Assembly (NCBI GenBank): GCA_000002445.1
Contig: CH464491.1
Location: forward strand, 2,496,001 to 2,560,000
DNA from: Trypanosoma brucei
Taxonomy: Eukaryota
Reading direction: 5' to 3'
Length of the DNA stretch: 64,000 nt
How positions within the stretch are numbered: the stretch's first letter is position 1; each line of letters begins with the position of its first letter. The position numbers and the translations under genes were made by a program. Under the pieces are notes generated by a model. That model made no database searches. It was not told where the DNA came from and worked only from the letters and a program-made list of their open reading frames with translations. Positions 18,732 to 27,142 of this stretch are shown here, one piece after another.

Positions 18732-19132
18732 TAATATCAGAGTACGCGGAGGGTGAGAAACGGCATATATGTGGATCAACACCTCGTTTGAGCGCTATTA
18801 AACGGGTATCGGGGGGGGGGGACCTGTGGGGAAACAAAAGAGGAAGTCGCTTTATTTTCTCACAATCAAACCCAAACAATTTGGTAGTACCAATGGAAAG
18901 GGAGGAGGAGCGAGTGAACGCAAGTAGTGAAGTAGAAGGGATGAACCCAACCAACAAGTCAAATGTTATCTTCCACTGTTACCCCTCATCTCTCTAGTAA
19001 GTGACGCTCCGACGTGGCTGGGGTGAAGACAGAAGTTCTGCTCCGTACCGGCTGAAGTGCGTAGGAAAGGCAAAACTAACAAGCATTTCTCAAGCGGCCC
19101 GCAATAGAAACATCGCTGAAAAGAAAGGGGGA

Positions 19133-20605
19133 ATGTTAAGGCGTACAATTTTCCTGGGAAGGGTAACCCGCTCTTGGACCAAAGGATCTATAGTTAAGGC
19201 ATCGGCCCATTTCCCAGATTCTGTGAGGGCTGATCCCGCAGAAAGACGTAATGAAGACTCGTCTCCGAAGGAAAGCCGCACATGGTCTCTTCATGACGGC
19301 CCGTGCAGCGAACCTCTTCACGTTCCCAAACATATTCAATGGGCAACACAGAAGGTGAGAGTTTGGGGGCAACTAATGCGAGTGGATAAGGCTGCTGCAA
19401 TAAACCTCCTGCTTCAACCTTGTTACTGGGGAGCCAGTCTAGCAGTAACTCGGGCCATCGTCTGGGAGGGGGCGGATCCTGTCGTTTTGTTCGCTCCTTT
19501 CATTCCCGTACATTTGATCGTCCTGTTCGGCGCTGGTGCCTTTTTGGCTCGGGGTGCGGGTTGTATTATTAACGACATGTGTGACAGAAAGTTCGACCGA
19601 ATGGTAGAACGCACCAAAACACGGCCGCTTGCTAGCGGTGTTGTCAGCATGAAGGAGGCATCAGGCCTTCTCATAACAGTAGCTGGTTTTGCGCTTGTTA
19701 TTGCACTAAACCTGTCGCCCATGGCACTTGCTTCGGCGGTAGCGTTAGCTCCCATCGCGGCAGTTTATCCGCTCATGAAGCGTATAACCTACATGCCTCA
19801 GCTCGTTCTGGGACTTTGCTTCAACGGCGGCATTTTTGTTGGGTATGCTGCCGTGCTAAACCGCATTGATTTGGCCGTTACGCTTCCTATCTACTGCTCA
19901 GCCGTCGTGTGGACAGTTTTGTATGATACCATCTATGCGTACCAAGACAGGGCGGACGACCTGAAATGCGGTGTGAAGAGCTCGGCTATTCTTATTGGTG
20001 ACAGGAAGCATATTCTCACTTTCATGATACTCCCCATCGGCATGGGTATTCTTATTTCGGGATTGATGGTCTCACAGTCGCTTCCGTTTTACATCGGTGT
20101 CCTCTGTTGCGTTTGGTACCTTCAGGGTGTCGTTGATAACGTCAACATATACGATGCGTGGTCATGTGGTATGGGATTCCGCAGGAACGTACGATTTGCC
20201 ATCCTGGTTACTTTTTCTCTCTGCCTTGGAAACGTGTTGTGGGCACTCGCATCTGAGCACCAACCGGAAAAGGACGCCGCGAGCAACGCCATATCGGAAA
20301 AGTCGGCCTTGATGAAATTCCTTCTTTTGAATAAGGAAGCGGAACCCATGTCGTACAGCGTGCAAGATATTCGTTGGGTAGACCGTTTTGCGCATCCGGC
20401 ATTCGTGGCAGCGCAGAAGGCTCAACACGAGGGAGAGGAAAAAACGGTGGTGGTGCCGGCGTGGATGCGGCGTGAGTACCTGGGTGAGAATGTAGGGACT
20501 ATCATGCGCTTTTTTGGCGTTGACGAGGAAGCAATCCAAACTTGGCAAAAGTGGTGGTACGCGCAACTTGACCACTACAACATGTTCTCCAGCATCGCCG
20601 TTTAG
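19133..20605 (+). CDS. COQ2: 4-hydroxybenzoate polyprenyltransferase (UbiA family; ubiquinone biosynthesis, COQ2)
   Basis: UbiA Asp-rich motif 'GCIINDMCDRKFDRMVERTKTRPLASG' with a second 'YDTIYAYQDRADD' motif and multiple TM helices. The start is moved from the ORF-track 19001 to 19133 (MLRRTIFLGRVTRSW), a mitochondrial-presequence-like N-terminus. A ~100-aa C-terminal tail follows the UbiA domain. Confidence 0.85.
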   Translation: MLRRTIFLGRVTRSWTKGSIVKASAHFPDSVRADPAERRNEDSSPKESRTWSLHDGPCSEPLHVPKHIQWATQKVRVWGQLMRVDKAAAINLLLQPCYWGASLAVTRAIVWEGADPVVLFAPFIPVHLIVLFGAGAFLARGAGCIINDMCDRKFDRMVERTKTRPLASGVVSMKEASGLLITVAGFALVIALNLSPMALASAVALAPIAAVYPLMKRITYMPQLVLGLCFNGGIFVGYAAVLNRIDLAVTLPIYCSAVVWTVLYDTIYAYQDRADDLKCGVKSSAILIGDRKHILTFMILPIGMGILISGLMVSQSLPFYIGVLCCVWYLQGVVDNVNIYDAWSCGMGFRRNVRFAILVTFSLCLGNVLWALASEHQPEKDAASNAISEKSALMKFLLLNKEAEPMSYSVQDIRWVDRFAHPAFVAAQKAQHEGEEKTVVVPAWMRREYLGENVGTIMRFFGVDEEAIQTWQKWWYAQLDHYNMFSSIAV

Positions 20606-21431
20606 TGTCAAGACATGCTGCTAGCAGAGGGGAACATGGAAAAGCAACTGCGACTTGTGGGATTTGTCTTCATTGGACGGTCTGGGATTTGTTACTGAAA
20701 GAAGGTAAGAGATGGTTCAACAGCAGTCAAATAAACAAAATATATATATGTACATCGTTACCCCCCGCTCCCTCTCTACCCCCATTTTTCAGCACGGTCA
20801 GAAATACATGTGTCTGTTTTGAATTGGCATGAAGAGGAAGGAGATACTGATGAAGCATCTTATTCAGTGGGGTGTCGTATCACCGCCACACGTACAGTTA
20901 TCAACTTACCAACCTCACTCTCACTCTCACATCCACATATAATTTCCACACAACAAATAATGGGATTCACATTTCTTCCTGCCATCAGCTCGCTTTCCTT
21001 ATCCATTCAGGCGCCATCCTATCACATGGGCAGCGTGTAACGGAGATATACCTCCAAAGCTTTACGTTTATTCGCATGTCTCACGCTCTATGGTTTAACT
21101 GACCCGTTTGGATGATCAAAAGGGCAGCAGAACATGGCAGCTGCAGGGAAATATTTGTCAGCCCTTGCACTGATGCATACTCGCCTACAATTGACCGACT
21201 TTACACCAATACCTCGATTGCGCTAAGGTCTGTATGTGCTTGCAAGAATACTTTTTTTAGTAAACTACTCCGCTTCTCTTTTCATCTTTTTTTTTTGTGT
21301 CTCATTTTACCAGGTTACGGAGTAGGAGACTGATTGGGCCCACCATTGCGGAGATTATACATATCCTCGCTTCGCTGTGAGTCTGAAAGGGGACTCGGGT
21401 AACTTGTGAACACACAAGCCTCCTTTTTGAC

Positions 21432-23294
21432 ATGGAGAATGTGGTTATGGAAGCGGGGGAGGGAGGTTCTAAGTCGAATGCCCCGCAGAATGATGATGCA
21501 AGTGTCATGAATGCCTTGTACGAGCCGCCCCCTCCATTAGCTTCTGACGGTGTGGATGATGCCTTCATTGGCATGGCGTTAGAGGAATGTAGTTTACGGG
21601 ATGTTTATTCGTACAGCTGCCACAGATTTGGGGTCCGACCCAACGAAAACATCCTGCGGCAACTCCCTCCTGTTGCTGGTGATGAATGGGTTAGAAAAAT
21701 AAAGGTACTCGACTTTTCCGCGGTGTACCTTGGTGGTAAAGGGTGCCTTTCGCTCGTACCAATAATTGAACGTTGCACGGAGGCAACACATTTGATGATG
21801 CCCAACGTTGGCTTAACACACGAAGCGGCCGCGCCTCTTTTTGAAGTCATGCGGTACCACCCCAGTGTGTCGTGGATGGACGTATCGAAAAATCGCCTGA
21901 ACGATGATGTGGGTCGCTGGATTCTCAACGCCGTGATCGAAAACCCGAGGATAAGGTTCGTTCTTCTCCGAGATGCGGGTATTAGTCCACCGCTTCTGCA
22001 AAAAATCGAAAACCGTTTGCACGAACGAATGTATGGAACGGTGGAGGCTATAACTCCATCCATTCGCGTAACTTACGCCGAAGGATTTTCTCAACTGTTT
22101 GAATCCTCCCTTGGAACTGGTGCGAATGACACCGCAAGGGTTCCGGTGCATTACGTTCCCCCATCCGTGGCTGCAGGTCTTGTGGAATTACGACACCAAC
22201 TGTATCGCAATGCCGAATCCATGCGGTGCGTTTACAACTGTTTTACCCACAACCTCACACCGGAGTCGGGAGGGTGCGCAAGCGACGCAGGGACAGACGC
22301 AGAAGAATTACCGGAAACAAACAGTGAGGCCGGATTCGGCGCCCCTCACCCTGATCGCTGCTCGTGGCGGTCGTTTTTCTGTGGGCTACGCCTGCTTGGT
22401 GTCCGCGCCGTCTGCAAGTCCCTTGAAGATAGCGTGGCCTTCGCCAACTTATGCGGCATATGTAATGTTGAGACCGTACTTTTTGGAAAACTTATCCAGC
22501 TTTTGAGGCCGCATGTGGCGATTAAAGATGAGATGACGCCGGAATCACCGCCTGTGCGCGGGAACACTATTCCAAATCAGTTTGCCGACGTCTCGCCTCC
22601 GTTGGATGTGCAGCAGGGGGCATCGATGGATGCAGAAGAGATTCCATCAAGGGATCTAAGCGGCAACATGCGCGCAGCTACGCCTGAAATGGGGAAACCA
22701 CAAGCAGATACACCGTCTGTTCCTACCCAAGAGGCTGCCCGTATGGCCTCCGAAGCGAGATGCTCGCCACTCACCCTGAGGCCGCTGCATTGCACACTTC
22801 ACGAAAAAAGGTCGTCTTTAGGCCCATCCCTTTTGGACACATTCGTGACGACCCCGAGCATTGCTGGAGTGCATGCCAGTGGGCCCTTGGAGGCGCGGCT
22901 TCGGCTGGATCGTACGTTTGATTCACGGAACAAGCAGACTGTTGTGGACCAACTGTATGATGAACGTGTCACTCTTAGCGAAGTCTTCAAAAAAACAGGT
23001 GGCGAAGACCCTGATGCAAGTGCCCCATCTTACCTAGTGGATATAGATGAGGTGATTAAGCACGCCGTCTCTCGCGTAGGTGAGTCGAATCGGGAAATTG
23101 TGAAATCTTTGGTGGAGCCATGGGCTGTTGGCGTTGAGGATCGAGTGCTCGTGAATACTGAAGGTTGGTTAAGCTCCATGTACGTTCCCCAATTAGAGGC
23201 GTCAACGCTAATGCCGTTCTCGTTTTCTGAAGAAAAGCTTATCTGGGCCGGTGTCACGGTGGAGGAATTACGAGAGTCAGTTGACTTATGGTGA
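21432..23294 (+). CDS. Leucine-rich-repeat (ribonuclease-inhibitor-type) protein, hypothetical
   Basis: The N-terminal third has LRR_RI-like periodicity: 'IKVLDFSAVYLGGKGCLSLV...THLMMPNVGLTHEAAAPLFEVM...WMDVSKNRLNDDVGRWILNAV...FVLLRDAGISPPLL'. The remainder is disordered and S/P/A-rich. It is the last gene of the plus-strand unit. Confidence 0.6.
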   Translation: MENVVMEAGEGGSKSNAPQNDDASVMNALYEPPPPLASDGVDDAFIGMALEECSLRDVYSYSCHRFGVRPNENILRQLPPVAGDEWVRKIKVLDFSAVYLGGKGCLSLVPIIERCTEATHLMMPNVGLTHEAAAPLFEVMRYHPSVSWMDVSKNRLNDDVGRWILNAVIENPRIRFVLLRDAGISPPLLQKIENRLHERMYGTVEAITPSIRVTYAEGFSQLFESSLGTGANDTARVPVHYVPPSVAAGLVELRHQLYRNAESMRCVYNCFTHNLTPESGGCASDAGTDAEELPETNSEAGFGAPHPDRCSWRSFFCGLRLLGVRAVCKSLEDSVAFANLCGICNVETVLFGKLIQLLRPHVAIKDEMTPESPPVRGNTIPNQFADVSPPLDVQQGASMDAEEIPSRDLSGNMRAATPEMGKPQADTPSVPTQEAARMASEARCSPLTLRPLHCTLHEKRSSLGPSLLDTFVTTPSIAGVHASGPLEARLRLDRTFDSRNKQTVVDQLYDERVTLSEVFKKTGGEDPDASAPSYLVDIDEVIKHAVSRVGESNREIVKSLVEPWAVGVEDRVLVNTEGWLSSMYVPQLEASTLMPFSFSEEKLIWAGVTVEELRESVDLW

Positions 23295-24293
23295 GGTTTA
23301 CTCTCTTTTGTTATTCACTAGAAGGATATGTGTAGTATATATTTCCCTATGTGAGTCGCTTATTTGCATACCGGTGAAGCGGTTCCTTATGGTGTCAGCG
23401 CCGATGCAGCAACACACGCCAAGACGACACCGCTCTGGTCGCTGGTGCTTTTTTTTTTTTTACTTCTATTTTTCTTTGCCCTCTGCGGCTACCAAAGGAG
23501 CCATCACAATTAGCAAAGGTAGAACTTAGTTGGCCGTACGGCGGGAAAGGTTGTGTGGTAGAATTGGTGTTGAATGTCCGGTGTTTTTCCAATATGTACG
23601 ATGCCGCGCAGAGGCGCAGTGAACCAGCAAAACTGTGGGGGACAAAAAGGAATATACTGATCTGCAAAAGGTCTCGGCTGACGTTTTACCACTTTTTGTG
23701 TACGGATGCGCCGAGACCGAGGTTGCAGTAAAACGTGGCACATAGGGAAAACGACAAAGAGCAATGCGAGCAGCCCCAATTGCAGGTCGCAGGCGCTCTA
23801 AGAAATAAAAGGAAGAGAATAGTGAGCAAGGCAATTCGGAAGCGTGGACCGGCGGGAAGTGCTCCGCGAGGAAAAAAAAATAAAGGCACGACTCAACAAA
23901 TCCACCTAAAAGTGCGGAGGAGAGCAGGATGGAATACATCAACTGCAACATTTATGGAACACAACACCAAGTCCAATTGCTTCCTGAAACAATTTTTTGG
24001 CGCTTGTGTAGAAAAGTGGAGCTGGAGCGGTGGAAACTCGCATGTGACTACATACTGCGATAAGTCATTAGTGAAAGGGAATTTGGGGTGGAGAGTGCAT
24101 ATGGGCAAAAATAGGTTTCCACAACAATTAAACACAAGATTGTTGATTGTTAGCAGTCGTCGCACTACCCGCTTGTGTGCAACAACTTGGCTGTGATATG
24201 GAAATGCTGTGAGCCGACGAGGTCGGGGGAGCGGATGCCAGTTTGGGGGGGCGAATCCCTTTCTTGATTTCCTCTGCCTGGCGCAAGAATGCA

Positions 24294-24313
24294 CCCCCCC
24301 CCCAAAAAAAAAA
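24294..24313. repeat. C10 immediately followed by A10 homopolymer tract
   Basis: Direct reading: 'ccccccccccaaaaaaaaaa'. Confidence 0.9.
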
Positions 24314-24459
24314 GAAAACAGCTGGGGAAGCCGAGAAACACCACTGCCCAGGAGAGTATCAACGAGAAAGACAATCTCGCAAGGTTTAAATCCGACTAAT
24401 AACATTGTTGACAGCAACCCCTTTCTGATGTTCAGCAATTGTAATGTGTCTCTCGGCCC

Positions 24460-24474
24460 GGGGGGGGGGGGGGG
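24460..24474. repeat. G15 homopolymer
   Basis: Direct reading: 'ggggggggggggggg' after 'ctcggccc'. Confidence 0.9.
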
Positions 24475-26008
24475 AATCCTCTCCGGCACAATTGCACCAT
24501 GCCTTTTCCAACTCGAGCTCACGCTTCATCGGTAATATGGGAATGGGAAGAGGGTAGTTTGTCAGTAACCTTTCGTGCGACTTTGCTAGCATGTACTCCA
24601 CTTTCCCCTCCACACGTGTGGATATTTTCCCCCAGTTTGAGAACCCTTTCAACGGGCTTTTCCCCTAAGTCCCGGGCGTTACACCCCCACTCCCATGATG
24701 AGCCGTTTTGAGACTTCGCCACGAGACCGCCGGTATAACTCTGCGGTGAGGAGTTCATTATTTTCTTTTGTCCTGCGTCGCCGACGCAACCTCCACGATA
24801 AGAAGAAACCCCCGCTTTCCGCGAATGGGCCACTCACGTCAGTTGTCCACCCTCGCGCGAGGAACCACTTACCAGACGAAGTGAACTTAACAACCACCCT
24901 CGTACGATCTTGTTTTTGTATAAATATTGCCCCTCTTCCCGCACGCAGCTGCGCCAGCTACAGTCCGCGGTGCTCGGAACAAACCGTTTCTCGCTTTTTC
25001 CCGCATCCCTTTACTTTCCGCGCAAGCGCGATCCGAGGACACAATGCACGACTCCAGCTCCGACGATGCACCCACCATTTCCTAGAAACCCCTCCGACAA
25101 TGAATTCCTCACGAAACGCGTCATCTTAGTTCACGAGTCCAAAAACGAGAGATAAGGACAAAAATAATCTTGCAAAAGAGTGAGATGTTACTCAGGTTTG
25201 CACCAACATAAATTGCAGCCACACAGATGGGAAGGGAAGATAAGGGCGTGCGCACGCACGCATTAGTTGGATTCGAACAAACGAACATCCCGTTGATCAA
25301 GCACAATGCACTGACGAAATGGGCTGGCGAGACCGGGCTACTCATCCGCCCACTGCGAGCCGAAGGCAGTTGTCGATAATAGCAGGCACCATTTCGCACG
25401 TAAATTCATTACACAAACACGCAAGCAGTTCCTTCATTTGTTTTGGGTTCCAAGACAGCGCAACCCCGCCGCATTTTGCCCAATTCCCATACCCGCACGC
25501 ACGCACGTGCCACTCCCCGGGAAAAAGTTGGGTCAAGATAACTTTTGCCGAGCGCCTGACGTGTGAACTCGAATCTCCAACATGGTACCTGGAACACTGC
25601 AGTGAGCCGCTAGCGCCACAGTTATTTTCGTTGGGTACATCCCAACTGCTGTGGGAAACACTGCAACCCCGTCCTGTCCCGCGAACTGTCGCCCTAAACA
25701 TGTAGAACCCGTGGCATTTCCACTCCAATGCCGCACCCAATCGGTGATATCTTTCCCGCATTCCATGCGGATGTCAAGTTCATTCGCAAGAGATGCGCCT
25801 TCAAGCCAGCACGCCAACCCCTAGCCCACCATACGACCAAAGACACGGCATTCGCGTGGCTGCATTCAGTGGCGCGTACTCGCAAAACTGCAATGTGTTC
25901 GTAGATTTGTCAACAAAGTGAAAAAAAAATAATAATAATACACTCAATCCCATCATTTGAGTGAACGTGTGCAGTCACTAATTGCCGGTGCGACATACAA
26001 AACAAACC

Positions 26009-26806
26009 TTATTCAAGTTCGCAAAGGATGCTTCGCTCCCAGCTTCCATCGATCGACAAGTCAACAAGCTCCGTGTTAACAACACTCTCCTGCTGCTGCA
26101 TACTCAAAAGAAAATGATGGAGCAAGCGAGGTGCGATAACGTGGGGAGTCGGCTCTGCCCCGCTCAATCCTCGTAGCCGGAGTTCCTCCACTAAAGACGT
26201 CGCTGCTTCGTTCGGCATCTCGCACATAACGATATCGTTGAAGTAAAGCAGATTATTACTCACATTCAGTCCCGCACCATGCATAGAGACCCAATTCCCC
26301 AGTTGAAGCCCGACGAACCCCATCTTTCGTGGTGCCACATCTCCCCAACTGTCGGACCAAACCCCAACCCTCCCTCGATGGGCGGGGATGTTGTATTCGC
26401 CCGCTACGTTAATCATAGCCTGTTCCAACACGGAACTAAACCACTCAATTGGGGAACGTGGTTTGTCAGAAGCCGTGCATTGCTTCCACAGAACCTGCAC
26501 GTTAACAATGGGGTACATAGTTACCTGCCCTGGTCCATGGAATGTGACGCCCCCTCCCCTCCTCGTCTTGACCACCTCGGCGGCACAACCCGCTTTGATG
26601 CCATTGGAAGTGTCTCGCCTGCCAATCGTGTAAACAGGAGACGAATGTTCCACAAGCAAAACAACGTTGGGGATGAGGCGAGCAGATTTGTCTCCACGAA
26701 TGTAGCGCATCTGCCTATCGATTTTCTTTCGAAAAATTGCCTCTTGCAGCCGCAGAACATCGTGGTAACGACGGCTTCCAAGGTTATACGCCCGCATTCC
26801 ATTCAT
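26009..26806 (-). CDS. LIPB: Lipoyl(octanoyl) transferase LipB (octanoyl-ACP:protein N-octanoyltransferase)
   Basis: 'VVLLVEHSSPVYTIGRR...RRGGGVTFHGPGQVTMYPI' matches the LipB 'RGGxxTxHGPGQ' core. Size ~265 aa. Confidence 0.85.
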   Translation of the reverse strand: MNGMRAYNLGSRRYHDVLRLQEAIFRKKIDRQMRYIRGDKSARLIPNVVLLVEHSSPVYTIGRRDTSNGIKAGCAAEVVKTRRGGGVTFHGPGQVTMYPIVNVQVLWKQCTASDKPRSPIEWFSSVLEQAMINVAGEYNIPAHRGRVGVWSDSWGDVAPRKMGFVGLQLGNWVSMHGAGLNVSNNLLYFNDIVMCEMPNEAATSLVEELRLRGLSGAEPTPHVIAPRLLHHFLLSMQQQESVVNTELVDLSIDGSWERSILCELE

Positions 26807-27142
26807 AAGAGGGGGGGACTACATTATTCAAAAAATAAAACATGAAAGTGCGAATGAAAGAGAGAAATGAAGCGCAAGAATCAAAGGTTGGTAATGCAGC
26901 ACACCCCTCAACCCCGGAATGTAAGGAGAATTTTAGCGGTTGTTGGTGTCTTCTTCAATTTACATCGTAATATATGCACATCTATCCTCGTTTTTAGAGA
27001 ACCAAAGGCCACGCCATAATCACCCTCCTTATGTGTTTCTATCATCTTCCTCCTTCATAATTCTCTCTAGAACATAGACAAGTTCCGACATCCAAGGCTG
27101 ACGCGACGACACTCAACATCTAATTGATCATTACCACTTGCC

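Larger units (their letters stand above)
23295..26008. other. Convergent strand-switch region (probable transcription termination zone between two units)
   Basis: All supported genes 5' of this region are on the plus strand and all 3' are on the minus strand. No supported ORF lies within it. It contains homopolymer tracts (T13, G15, C10A10). Confidence 0.75.

Noticed and set aside
23893-24522. 209-aa minus-strand ORF and 153-aa plus-strand ORF (23735..24196) inside the strand-switch region
   Set aside because: The translations are driven by homopolymer tracts, PPPPPGP from the G-run and FFFGGG from the C-run. They lack any domain and sit in the expected non-transcribed termination zone.
25230-25340. 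tRNA-like T-loop decamer 'GGATTCGAAC' (minus-strand reading ...GTTCGAATCC...) in the convergent strand-switch region, where tRNA genes often sit
   Set aside because: I tried to fold the surrounding ~100 nt on the minus strand. The putative T-stem has a mismatch next to the loop. No complementary acceptor stem (7 bp) exists for the 'taatgcg' 3' side. No anticodon stem forms at the expected spacing, and no D-loop 'AGTGG/AGCC..GG' box is present. The 10-mer is probably chance or a relic. tRNAscan-SE would settle it.
23300-26000. Possible degenerate retroelement (L1Tc/NARTc/VIPER/SIRE-type) in the strand-switch region
   Set aside because: I could not recognise any reverse-transcriptase, endonuclease or gag-like ORF remnant, a Pr77-like 5' hallmark, or terminal poly(A) plus target-site duplication. 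I leave it as uncharacterised spacer.
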